Below, piece by piece: positions 48,561 through 62,064 of a DNA stretch of 64,000 nt. A program made the translations under genes and the position numbers. Where the stretch lies: the NCBI RefSeq assembly GCF_036321535.1, contig NC_087437.1, forward strand, positions 40,550,001 through 40,614,000, read 5' to 3'. Positions within the stretch are counted from its first letter, which is position 1, and each line of letters starts with the position of its first letter. This DNA comes from Camelus dromedarius. Taxonomy: Eukaryota. The notes beneath the pieces are model-generated. The model was not told the origin of the DNA. It was given only the letters and a program-made list of their open reading frames with translations, and ran no database searches.

Positions 48561-51500
48561 AGCCATGTCCTTTTTCTTTTTCACACATCCTGCTTTTTGA
48601 TGACTAAATCTGTTGTTTTCCTAGGACTCAAGACAATTTACACTTTAGTGCTATCTCCATTTGCAAATGGTATAGTAGCTAGCCAAAACAGTTCTGGTGG
48701 TGGGTTCCAAACAGCGTTTTTCAAAGGTACGTTTAGGATTTCTGACATTGTTTCTGTAATTGGATATTCAGACTTGATCAGTATTGGAAACAAATGGAAA
48801 AGACAGATTTATCTGAAGAATTTATGATTCTAGTCACCAAGAATTTTTAAAGAATAAAATAATTTAAAAAATTATGACAGGTAGAATAAAGAAAAGATTA
48901 CTTTAGAGTAAATAAATATTAATATCAGCAGAGAGATTTTAAACTTACTTGCCCACTGCATTATCTAATAGGCTTAAACTCAAAACTTCATTTTAAGAGT
49001 TTGAATGCCTAGCTAATAGACAAAGTTTAGGCTATTAAATACTCAGTTTGTTGATCTGGTTTTTAAATATTTTCCCACTAGAGTAAGATCAGTAGCTAAC
49101 ACTAAGTGTTTAAAATGTGGCAAGCACTGTTCTTGAGCAGTTTCACACATGATTTTATTTGATTGGTACCACAGAAAGTTGGCCGCGTTTCATCTGAAGA
49201 ATCTAATTTTTTCTCTATTAGCTTTTATTTCTTGACATAATCTCACCCTTTCTACTTCGCAGAAGAAATGAATGAAGTGTATTAAATGACTGAAGGCTAT
49301 TTATAGCAAGATAAGAGCTTGGGCAAGAACCTAAGTTTTGGTGTTCTGTGCTGTAATAGGGTGCCTTTCATGTTTTGAGGGAAATTTAGTTACAGTGTCA
49401 TTTTAAGACAGTGATTTGCTTCTGAAGCTTAATGGCGGTAATTTCAGATGTGAATTCAGAGTAGTTTGCTACTTGCTGATTCCCAAGGGTCTGTACTTTT
49501 TCGAAATTCTTTTCCTGTGGCTACTAGGTAAGTTTATATTGTTCAGGCGCAGTTATTAACTGATTTTAAAGCAGGATTGACTTCAAGCCAGTTCTCACAT
49601 TGCTGGACTTACAGCTGGCCTGGTCTGATGCTGAAGGTTGTGCTTAGAATTACCTATATTCTCAAAATGTGAAATGCCCATTTTGATATTTTTAATATCT
49701 TGCCCCAACCTGATGAGGAGCTGTACTCTTGCATGTCCACAGGTGGCCACATTATTTGCCAGATAATCTTGGTCCAGTCCTGATTGCTCTGACATAAACA
49801 TTTTGGAGATAAATTACTTTGCCTATTATTCCTGCTCTATTTGTGAGAAAAAATATCTGAGAACCATGATAAAGGTTAAAAAAAAAAGGTGATGAATTTA
49901 CTTAACTGAAACTGAATGTGCTAGGGTTTGGTTAAAATTGAAACCATTCTTCATCTGTATGTAGTCCTTTATTGTCTCAGAATTTATTAATTTCTACTCA
50001 GTTTTTTTGGGGAAGGTGTGAGGTTTTTTCCCATCTTTTTACTATGTTATTTTTTACAGTGTTTGCTACGATGTTTCTGGTGTACTTTTGGTATTTTTTT
50101 TTTCCAATTTTATTTGAATTTTAAGCAATTTAAGGAAATTTAAGAAAATTACCAGTAATCAAACCGTTAAGAAAGATTTTTTGGGGGGGGGTTCACATGT
50201 AGTACATACTTGTGTGATTGTTTCACTGTGCTTGCCACTTCACATTTTGAAAATTATTCCTCAAAATTTCTTTTTTGACAATCTGTGAACAAGGTTTCTC
50301 AGATGAGAAACCAGTCCCAGATGGGTCATATGCTCCTAGTGGTGTATCTAGTAGGAGGTAGAATCAGGAGTTGAATGGAGGTCTTCTGACTTGAAGCCTA
50401 GTAATTATCACTACTTTTGCTGAAAGCAAACTCAGTAGAAGAAACTGAAGTTTGAGAAACAACTTTTCTTATCAACTTACCTTACTGTAATGGTTCTTAG
50501 ACTCTATTCACTTGGGTGTAGACTAGTGTCTTTTACTGGGAAGGGGGCAAGGAGAGAGTCCTAGACTGAGGAACATTTTACCTTCTGTGAGTCACTGAGT
50601 TGATTGCCAAACAAACCAAACAGATCCAGAGGAACTCACTTTAAAAAGTAAAAGCAGGCACTTAAAAAAAAAAATTAAAGAATATACTAAATATATTAAT
50701 CTCTAATCTAAAGGACCTGATGTTTAGTGTGAACATGAATGTAATTTGATATGTTTAAGGTAGTTAGAATATTTTTTTCAAATTAAAAAAACCCTCAAAC
50801 TCAGTAGGCAGTTGTTTGAAATACAGGAACTGTTAAATTATTTCTAAGGATGGAAATTATATTAGTAATGATCATCAACTATTTGCTTAGCTAAAAACTA
50901 TATTTACTTTGCATAGTTAGGAGCTATATTTAGATGGGGAAATAAGTGGTATAAGGTCAGTGCTCTAAGTGAAGAACTGACTGTTTTGTAGACACCAGAG
51001 GTATAGTATTTTGAACTTTTTCTTACTCAGGTCACCACAGGTCTTGATTTTAGATCTGCCTAGGTTTTTTTGTAAAATGTTGTTATTAAACTGTCTCTTC
51101 AGATCTTTTGAGTGTTTCATGTTTTTTATTAGAAAAATGACTGTATGTTACAGTGCACAAATATATACAAGAATATTATATTCTTGATTTTTTTCCCCAA
51201 ATCTTCAGTGGGTATTATATACTTGATCTAATTCTGATTTTGTTGAATCTTACATTTCTATCTATGGAAAAAAGGTTACTAAGCAAACTGATCATTTGTA
51301 AATAAAATCTGAAGGTTGATGTTTACTTAAGATTATTTTCAAGCACATTAGAAAAGCACATTTGTAGTCAATTGATAAGATCAGTGTAGGTGATTCTTTA
51401 CTGTTAACACCATGTGGCTGACAATCTCCACTAGATAAAGATGGCTTATGCCCTTATTTTTTTTAGAAGTTAAAATTTAGATGTCTAACATTTAGACTTG

Positions 51501-54500
51501 ACTGCTCTTAGGTAAGTAAAATAACAGTTTTTACTCTGCTTAGGGAAAAAACCCTATGGGTTATCTGTGATGCAAATAGATGATCTAAGATATCAACTTA
51601 AAAATTTTCCTCTTAAAGCCTATTAAACATTTCACTTTTTTTAGTTTTGCATTTTCCTTACAGTTCATCATTTCTGCAGAGGTCATTTGAATAAAGATAA
51701 AAGTACAAAAAATTCTCCCCTCTTGTAAGCTGTTTCTTGTAAGTGTATTTCTTAGTGCAAATTTAAATGAGTTAAGGAATTAAAAAAAAAAGGTGGTTTT
51801 AACCCTTGGTAAACATATGTAATTTGCAAATAAACTGTTGAGTAAGACAACAGATCAAATGAGAGAATGGATGTAAAAGAATTTTGTAAGTTAAGAGTCT
51901 AGAAATACAGGCTAGTACTTCAAACTATGATTGAAATATTTACTAATATGTTTTTGGGGATTTTTCCTCTCCCCAAACATTTTCTTGGTTTATCTAGAAT
52001 TATCTGAAAATATTTCTAAGGTAAGTGAGGTAACTAAGTGTTGGGCTCAGATGTACCTTTTAGTTGTTTGTACACAACAGTTATACTAGTTGGATGTTTT
52101 GTTTACTTACTAAAATGAAGTATGCAAGAAGAAAGTATGCAGAACAGGTTTGTTATAAAATATATTGAAGAAGGACATTTCAGTGAAATCTTCAGAATGA
52201 CTTTGGAAATAGTGCCCTCTCATGGTTTAGGAAATAGGGAGTCTTTAATCATTTTTACCATTAAAAAATGGTAAAACATTTAAAAATGTTAACATTTTGA
52301 AAAAGGCTTATGATAAAAAACTTAGAAATGTATCCTTTTGATGTTAGAAATGGGAAAAAAATTAAGAAACTTAAAGGAAGAAAAGAAAAAGGATGGACTT
52401 GAATCAACGTGCAGCCAGCTAGTAGTGTTCTCACAGCCCTGCGTACTTATAATTTATGCCACTAGGAGAACAAGGAAGAACTCAAGAATTGGGTTAATTT
52501 GAATCCCTTTAGAATTCTCGAAGTAGAAAGTGTGGAACCAGAACTCAATTTGTTCAGGTAAAGAGGTAGAACTAGTTTGGGAATAGTGTGTTAGTAATGG
52601 CTTGAACCTGATTTTGTCCACACATAGCATTTTGTTCTGTTGAGGTTTCATGTACGTTATATATATACATTAAAATAATGTAAGGATTTTGTTAGACTAC
52701 AAAACGCATAAAGAATATAATTAATTAAGCCATTCTCTTTTGTAAAGGTGTGGTTTGCTTCCATCCCTCAATAAAGTATTACCGCCATGTTAGGCAGAAA
52801 GAGGAATGAAAAGGAAAGATACAAAATTAGTTTAAAACTCATTTTAATTTCCAGACTTAGAGATGGGTGACAGAAACACGTATGTAAAGACTAGGTGGAG
52901 GCTCCCTAGGGCGGGAAATCCTCTTCTAGTTTCTGAATGTAGAACGTGGTAGATGCTTAATAAAGGTTTGTATGAAAGTGAATGAAAACCCTTAGTAGCC
53001 CTAGAAAGCTACCAGTGATTTTCAAGGAGAAAAACAGGGTTAGTTTTAAACTGAAGTAGCATTTTATTTTCATTTTTGGTAATGAATTTATTTTGAGATG
53101 TCAAATAACCTTAAAAGTCTATGTTTTGTTTATCTTATGGGGACAAGGAATACAAAAGTTAAAAAAAAAAAAGACTTTAATTAAAGACCACTTTTATTCC
53201 ATTTTGAGAAAGTTTTTTGATGTGATTAAGAAAGCAATACAGGCCCATTATAGTAAATCCTTAAAAAGTACAAAGAAAACAACAGAGTTTTCTTGTAATT
53301 TCGCCATGGAGTGATAACCACCATTGGAATTTATTCCTTTACATATGTGATACTTTGTAAATCTGTGCAAAAAGCATCTGTAGAGCACTCATGTTATTAA
53401 TTTAAGATTAATTGTTGAAATAATACTTTGGGGCAAATTTTAGCACAGCGCACTTAGAATAGTGTCAGATTACAAATTTAGAGCAATAGACCAGTTGCAG
53501 TGTGTCACCCATGCAGCCTTTCTCATCTAGGCATCTATGAGAGGAGAATTAAGCCTTACAGAAGGGGTGGTATATAGTACCGTTCTAAATGCTTTGGAGA
53601 GAAGTTAATTCATTGCATACAATGGAAGCTTTGGAGCAGTTGGGCTTAATTCTCTTGAGAAGCCCAGCTGAGAAGGAGGAAGGGGGCATTAAAGAAGTCA
53701 ATTTAGTGGGTCACCAGCATTTAAAAAATATATGAAATAGAGTAAAATGAAAAATGCAGTTCATTGCATATAGTAAAATTAATTTACCTTTTGATACTGT
53801 CAGTTTACATTAGTTGAAGGCCAGAAACTGAGATAAATTTTTTTAAAGTGTATATTACTGAAATGGACTAGAAAAGCAAAACCCTAGACTTATATAGAGT
53901 AAAACTTTTGACAACAAATATTTTAATGAAAAGATATATATGACATGGAAATTTCCGAGTAATTGCAATATAAAATAGACTGGACACTATAGAACTCCAG
54001 TATAAAAAAAAAATTATAAAGCCCCAGGAATTAACAGGATTTTTGTCAGTTTGTTCCTTTTCCTTCAAGTTTTAAAGGGAGTAAGTGATACCATGCTACT
54101 GCCTTTACATGGCCTTGTTTCCATGAAGGATTTAAAATGATAGTTGCACATTGTAGGAACATGGGCCTTTGCTTTTCCTGTGAGCATTTTTAATCACTTT
54201 TAACCCCAAAACTGGCTTTGTGAGGTAGGTGGTATGATCTTGCAGCGTGGAGGAGCAGCAGACATTGTTATGACTCCTGCAGATCCATCTTTGGTAAGTT
54301 AGTGGAGGTGCTTGGATCATATTGTTCCAGTTTTGCATTAGGTTGATTAATTCTAATAATTACAATGAAGCCAGGCACTAAAACTAAGCCTTAAAATCTC
54401 TTAAGTAGCTATTTGCTACCTTGCAACACTATTCCTGTTTCAGTAGTTGAAACACTCATTCACAACACGTTGAAAGTATTGAGGAAAGCTGATCCTATTC

Positions 54501-55084
54501 TAAGAGATTCAGTTTCTTTCAGTAGGAGTCGCTGGCAGCTGTCTGGTAGGGCGTCTTTTGTGTCCTTCTGAAATCATTTATGGACCACTTGAGTGTCTTA
54601 GTATTACACACAGTAAAAGGAGCCTGGGAAGTATATTTGCTTTATACCCAAGGAGTTGTTGCCTAACTATGTGTTCGTTCATGTATTTAGTGAGGTTAAC
54701 GATTTATGTTTGGCTCATACAAAGTAATGTGTATTTGATATGCATTATATTTTATTTTTTGTGTAATCACACCATTATAGAAGGATAGACTGAAATTTAC
54801 CAATCTACTAGTGCTTTGTATGCTTACTGGTATATAAATATCAAAATGTAAAAATCATTGTTTTTCTAAATTTTGTTTTTAAAAATAATTTCCCACATAT
54901 TTTAAAAAAATTTAATTATTTTTTTTGGAGGGGGAAGGGTTTGAAATCCCATTCATACTTTAAGGCATTGTCTGGATTTCTTTAGTTAGTCAATGTTTGT
55001 CATTAAGATTTAATTAAAGATCATAATACTAATCTGATATCATAATTACAAACTGGAATACCACTTAAAAGCCAAGGTTGTTAT

Positions 55085-55455
55085 TGTTTTTTAACACCTT
55101 TATTGTGGTATGAGTCCTGTACAGTAAACTATAAATGTTTCAGATGTACAATTTGGTGAATTTTGAAAGATGTGTACCATGAAACCACCACCACGATTAA
55201 GATAGTTAATAACATTTCCATCACTCCCTAAAAGGTGCAATTTTCAAATTCCCAATTTATCCCTTCCCACCCCCTTTACCCGCTGGTAACCATAGTTTGT
55301 TTTCTATGTCTGAATCTGTTTCTGTTTTGTAGATAAGTTCATTTGTGTCCTTTTTTTAGATTCCACATATAAGCAATATCATGTGGCATTTTTCTTTTTC
55401 TTTCTTACTTCACTTAGAATGACAATCTTCAGGTCCATCCATGTTGCTGCAAAAA
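55085..55455 (-). mobile_element. L1 3'UTR fragments
   Basis: tttagattccacatataagcaatatcatgtgg...ggtccatccatgttgctgcaaa. Confidence 0.75.
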
Positions 55456-56649
55456 TTTTATTTTTTATGAAAAGCCAAGTTTATTATTGAAGATAAGTCT
55501 GGAAATTTTAGAGGGTTTTGATTTTTGTGTTATTTTTATTTTTGGTTTTGGTTTTTTTAAGTGCAAATTGGAAAGTTTGTATATGAGTAGTGCTGAGTGG
55601 GTGGAATTGCTTTTATAACTAGAAAGTGGTAATAAAATTGCTGATTGGTCTTTTTTATAAATGAAATCAAGTTCTCTAAATTATTTGTCATTGTGAGACT
55701 AATAAGCATTGTACCAAAATACAATGGTTCTTTATTAGGAAATCTGATTATTAAAGGGTTCTGTATACATAACATAGTAAGTTGAAATTTAGAGAAATTT
55801 GAATAAAACATCTTCTAATTTCTACTTATTTAAAATTTACTCTTCTACTATACAATTTGGGATTGTTTAAATTTTGCTTTCATAGACATTATTTGTTGTT
55901 TTGAGGTTTTGGAATGAAATCATATGTCTGAAGTTTTTCTTACGTGTTTCAGATGAGGATGCCATCTGTTCATTTTGTGGTAGATAATGGTGGGGACGTT
56001 GGACAATAGGAGTATTTTAAAATGTTAAGACTCTAACTTAAGTTACTAAGTGATCTGCCTCTCTTCTTTGCCAAGTAATGTAGTGTATTCTATTTTAACG
56101 TTTAAATACATAAAGAGAATAAATTAGTCTTTTATTGAAAGGTAAAATAAAAGGCAGTAGATGCTTGTATCTTGGTGTCTAATTTTTATTCCTGATCAGT
56201 AGTAGCATTACTGCTGTGCCATTTAATTATATTGTTATGTTTTTGAAGATCTAATTTGTATGTTGCCACAAATGCAGAGTAGATGAGAAAATCTGGCATG
56301 CCTGTGAATATTCTGTTGTATAATATATGCTTTTCTTAATTGTTTTTAACATGCAGTTAGGATAATTTGTTATAAATGTGTTTATGGTTTACCACAGCAT
56401 ATTAAGTAAAATTAACTCCCAGCATTTTATCATGGTTAGTGTTGTGCATTTCCCCATCATTTATGTCATTTACTTTGTAGATCTGATCTCTAAAAATACA
56501 TCCCAGAGACTGTTGGGATTCTTTGGCACTTCATAGTACTTCATGGAACAGAAGGGTATTAAATGTGAAAGAGACTATCTTGCGAGTTTTGTGGTAGCAC
56601 AGTAACCTTAAAAGAGGCCACCCTAGAAATTAATGAGCTACACTGTCAG

Positions 56650-56755
56650 TCAGAATTCATTCAGCAAATATTTATTGAGTTCCTACTACATGCCAGGCAT
56701 AGTGCTAGGTAGTGAAAATACAAAAGTAATTAAGACAGCCCTTGACCTCAAGCTG
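56650..56755 (-). mobile_element. L2 3' end
   Basis: ttcattcagcaaatatttattgagttcctactacatgccaggcatagtgctagg. Confidence 0.8.
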
Positions 56756-58478
56756 CTGTTCAGACAGAGTCCAGATAGCCAATTGTCGGGGATTTTGTAT
56801 AGGGAATTCAGACATTAGCTAGAGGACTGCACCAAGTGGTCTTTAAGGAGGGTTTCTTTAGAACCCCTCCTCTGACTGCCTTAGTGGGTGTGTGCAAGAA
56901 TAGGAAACGAAATAAAGGACAGAAACTAGAAAGGGATGGATGTTTAAAAATGAACAAATGTGCTAGCAATTATTTAAGGCGGCATTTGAAGTTTAGAGAC
57001 ATCATAGAAACAAAGATACACTGAGTTTGGATCATGAATAAAAGTAAAACAAATCAAGCTGTAGAGTTTTGAAATGAACTTGATAAAAATTGAATCAGAT
57101 TTCAAGTCAAGATCTTTGGCTGAAGAAGTTTAGAATTTGTTATTCTGAAGTTTGAGATTCCAGATATTCATAGTAGGAAGAACTTTTAAATATATAAATC
57201 AATTTTAGCAATTTTAATTTTAAAAATTTGGAACCAGTTTATTTCTTGGGCAGCACATCCAGAATTATTTCAGATATAAAACTGATTTAAAGTGGAACTT
57301 TCTTTATTTTCTAAATAATGAGTTTAAAAATACCTTCGAAAAAAGAAAATTCTCATTTAATTTAAGCCGATCTTACATTTTATTGATTTATTAGAGTGAG
57401 CTTACCCATGCTCATTCGCACCTCTTTTGTCCCCGTGTTGGTGTGAAAAATGTTATGCCTAAGTGAGTTTTCTAGATAATGAAACTACTCTTTTCAGCAC
57501 TGTTTTTAAAACTAAAGCTTTAAAACCTTTTTTTATGAATTCTAAAATGTCTTAAATAGTTTTCAATCTTTCTAAGTATATGCGTATGGTATATATATGT
57601 ATGTGGTATACTACTTATGTGGTATAAGTAAATATAAAATACAGTCTATAAATATAGATTGTAATTTAACTGTGTCATATTGACTCAAGACTTCTGAAAC
57701 ATTAATTACTCTGTTGTGATAAGTATAGGGAAAAATTGAGATGTATTAAATTTTTGCCCTGGCCTATGATAAAACCCTCAGATTGTCTTGCTTTTTGGAT
57801 CAGTTTTTGTGTTAATGTCTTGTAATTCTCTTCTCTCCTTAGGCTGTCAGCTGGCACCTGGCATCTATCATTTAGTATTTCTGTTGCCAGCAGTCAGTTC
57901 CATTTCTGATTTATGGTAGAACTAAGCTATAGGCTGACAAACAATGTAAACAAGTGATTGCTTTATTTTATAAAAAAGCAGTTGATTTTGCCGCAGATTC
58001 TGAACTTCTTTAGAATACTTGATCAGGATTGTGAGGTTGTAAAACAAATTCTACTCATACAGTCTAGAGGCCCTCACAGAATACTCAGCTCTCAGATCCT
58101 TTCAAAATATTACTCTTTTCCCTATAATTTTGTAGTCTTGTTAGTCTTTCAAATTCCTTGCCCAGTAATTCTTAATAAAAATGTTTATCTCCTACCAATA
58201 TGTGTTTTGGGGGGAGGGGAGACAAAATACAAAACAAATGAAATGAGGAAGTTAGTTAACACAGGTTATTTATCCTTTTTTTAGTTTCTGAACCTTAGTT
58301 TTCTGATCTGTAAAATGGAGATAATTATACCTACTTGAAATATTTGTTAGAATTAAGCAGGATGTATAAAGTTCTTATCATGAACTTTGAGGTAGATGCT
58401 CATTAAGTAGTCAGCTGCTTTCTTTTTTTCCTTTATTTACAGGTACAGTTCATCCTTTAGGACTAGAAAGAGCTTTTC

Positions 58479-58700
58479 TTTTTTTTTTTTTTTTAAACAT
58501 TTTTTATTGATTTATAATCATTTTACAATGTTGTGTCAAATTCTAGCGTTCAGCACAATTTTTCAGTCATACATGGACATATACACACTCATTGTCACAT
58601 TTTTTCCTCTGTGATTCCCTGTGCTATACAGTATAATCTTGTTTATCTATTCTACAATTTTGAAATCCCAGTCTATCTCTTCCCACCCTCCGTCCCCCTG
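58479..58700 (-). mobile_element. Young 5'-truncated L1 with perfect 14-bp TSD
   Basis: TSD agaaagagcttttc at 58465-58478 and 58701-58714; pure poly-T tail. Confidence 0.9.
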
Positions 58701-59267
58701 AGAAAGAGCTTTTCATAGTTACGAGGAAATGTAGTATCCTGATAAGCGTTAGCAGACAAGGTGGTTTCAAAGTTTCGCAAAGTATTTATTGCTGTAGAAT
58801 GTTATTCAGTAGAATATGCTAATAAACACTGTAGGAACGGTGGTATATTCTAGCTGATTGTAGCAATAAGAAGAAGAATCAGGGCTTACAAATGCTGTAC
58901 ATTTGCAGAGTACTATTATTTAAAATGGATTTTTAAAATAGATTCTGTAAGTATGGTATTTGATGAAATCATTTCTGGTGTTCCATGTTAACATTCATGC
59001 TGACTGAAGCCCTTCTTGTGACGGGACAGTTCATGTAGCAGTCTCCTTGAGTTTTAAGTGACTAAACATGGTAGTTTAAGGAAAGACTGTCTTATTATTT
59101 TTCTAACGAGAATTCTTACTATTTTAATAGGAAGATGATTCTTAAATAGCATAATTCTTTACTCATCAATGTCCTCCAGAGGCAGCCTATGGCTCTATCA
59201 GATTGACTCAAAATTAACCATCATATCTTCCTTTAGTAAACTTTTCCCCTTCTGCATTTTTCTACAG

Positions 59268-59365
59268 ATAGATACACCACCAGGAATGGAATTACACTCT
59301 TGGTATCCTGTTATAAAGCAGGAAGGTGACCATGTTTCTCAGACACATTCATTTTTACACCCCAG
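59268..59365 (+). CDS. SKIL: SKIL coding exon 3 (contains IKQE SUMO consensus)
   Basis: ctacag|ATA...CCCAG|gtgagt, 98 nt; [32 protein letters not shown](S). Confidence 0.96.
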
Positions 59366-60887
59366 GTGAGTGGGTATTGGCTCATTCATTCATTCATTCG
59401 TTCGTTCAACCTCTATACATCAGGTACTATTCTAGGTCCTGGGAATTTATTATATATTTTTAGGCTTTCTTTCTAATCAATGAAATGAATTATAAATTGT
59501 GTTGCATATTTGAAATAACCTTTTCTGTGTGTTTCTATGTTTTTCTAAAAAATAGATCATTTCCTTTTTGCCCCAAAGTGAAAAAAATGAAAGTTTTCTT
59601 TTAATTTCCTTACTTCCCTTCAAGAGATAAACCAACTCTTCAAGAGTGTGGTGTACAACTTTGATATTTTAAAAAGAAACTTTTTTGAAACTTAGAAGTT
59701 TTCATAGTAACAATACCCCTCAAAATAAATTTTCATATTTTCAATAAAAATATACCATGGATTATAAACTTTTAATTTATTGAACCTAAATTTTTAATCT
59801 GCTGCTGTACATGTATATTCTCCCCAAGCACAGTGATGATGAATCTCAGTCTTACAGTTCCTTCTAGTCCTGTTGTGTTTGAAGTAAGTCTTTGGGCAGT
59901 ATTAAGCTTGTCAGTTTTCTTAGCAGAATACTGAGTTTTCATCCTCAGAATTCATGTGATTAGTAGAGAGGAAAAATACAGATGTCCTGTACAAAGAAAA
60001 TGTGATATAAGAGGAGATTATTTAGAGTTCAGAGAATGAAGTGTTAGGTCAGTTAAATGGTTGCGTCTTTTGGCTAAAGGATAAGCAGATTATAGTTAGT
60101 AAAATGGTATTTACATGTCTAGCTCAAATTTGTTCCATGAGTCTCTCACATAATTTCCTGAACAATTTTATGTGAGCTGTGAGCAAAATGGGTAGTTACC
60201 CTTTGATCTTAGTTTTGCACAACTTATTATTGCTGTTTTATCAAGTAAGTAGGCAATACCACAGTGTTTTCAGAAGATTGCTCTGTGGGGTTTGATCCAC
60301 GGAGGACTGGATCCCAGTAGCTGGACAGCATTCAGAATGCTAGTTCTTTCCCTGAGCTATCTAAGAAGGGCCCTGGGAGCTCCTCACTGGGGCTGCGGTG
60401 AATCAGGCCATAGCCATGCAGTGTGGGACTGAATCAGCCTCACCATCACAAAGAACAGGACTGCCTTGCTTTTGGAGGGGGGCGGACGAGGAAATAGTCC
60501 TCCAAAGTAGTATATGGTCTGTTTTCTTTTTGGCATAAACCTTACCTACTCAGGGCTGTTGAATCACTCCGTAAAGATACTTCATGGTTTTCGTTCTCAT
60601 ATGGTTTTGAGGGAAAGAGAAGAGACTGATTTTCTTTTCCAGAGAGTATCTTCTTAGTGCTCAGAAATTACTTTTTGTAAAACAACAAAAATATCCTAAT
60701 AACTTGTGTTCTTTCTGCCTCAACTACTAACTTTTTCAAGAATTCTTTTCTGTGACCCTTATTTTCTGGGTTGTTATGTTGTCTCTTTTGGTAAAAAAAA
60801 AAAGTTTAACCGTAGAAATAGATGTAATATATTTTGCTTTTTACCTAAATGTAATATGTATCTTACTTTGCCATTCTTTGTTTTCAG

Positions 60888-61120
60888 CTACTACTTATAC
60901 ATGTGTGATAAAGTGGTCGCCCCAAATGTGTCGCTTACTTCTGCTGCATCCCAGCCTAAAGAGGTCGCAAAGACAGAGGCAAGCAGATCCATACCAAGAC
61001 AGTCAGAGAAGCCACACAGTAGTGGGAAACATCAAAAAACAGTGTCGTATCCAGATGTCTCACTGGAGGAACAGGAGAAAATGGATTTAAAAACAAATAG
61101 AGAATCATATAGTCACTTAG
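60888..61120 (+). CDS. SKIL: SKIL coding exon 4 (gene continues beyond window)
   Basis: ttttcag|C TAC...TTAG|gtaagt, 233 nt; [43 protein letters not shown]...SHL. Confidence 0.96.
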
Positions 61121-62064
61121 GTAAGTATTCAGAATTTACCTTTTAAAATCAAATATCTTAATAGACACATTTTTTCAGCACTTTCAAAGAGCATTTCTGT
61201 TTAGGAGAATTTTCCAGGTAATTAAAGATTTTGTCTTTAAAAAAATACCATGTTTCAGAACTCTTGAGTGACTCTGTGGAAGCTCAGCTGCTCTACTAGC
61301 ATGGTGATAGCTGTAGAGGCTAATGAGATAGATACACAGGCTAGATGGCTGCATACTGCAAGTGGCTTCTGTCTGATTATTTTTGATTCTTCCAGCCTTT
61401 TCTTTGCTGTCAGATTTCTTCAGAAGGTCCTTATTGTCTTTCCAATTTGCTATGAACTGAGAACCCATTTAACTGATAATATAAGAAGTATATGACAATC
61501 TATAAAAATACTGAATCAGTATGTTATACACCTGAAACTAATGTAATATTGTAAATTATCCTTCAATTTAAAAAAGAGAGAAGGGTATGTAAGAGCAGTT
61601 AGGTATAGGACTCAGGGAAACTTGGTTATGGAATAAGCAAGGATTGAAAACTCACAGCCATGGGAGCCAGGCTATTCGGCATAAATGCAGAATGCCTGCT
61701 GGACATCAAAAAACAAAAACAAAAAACTGTGTATTCACAGTGCCTTTTAAAATACCGTGGACCAAGCAAGACACGTCTGCCCACATGCTGCCTGTGCTAC
61801 CCTCTGCGTAGCTGCAAAACCTTGCGTATAGCTTGGGCGAGTGTAACAGCTCTTTCAGCTTTCTTGGAACGGCTTTCTCAGAACAGTCATGTACCTGTTT
61901 CTGTAGATAATTGAGATTCTTGGGAGTGGGTTTCTGTACTTCAATTTTGAGGTTTTCTAAAACTTAATTTCCCTTAGATTTAAATATGTCAAATAATAAT
62001 TAGTAATGTACCATTATGCCATGTTTGCATTATATTTGCCAAATTATCTAATTCTAGTGACTTA

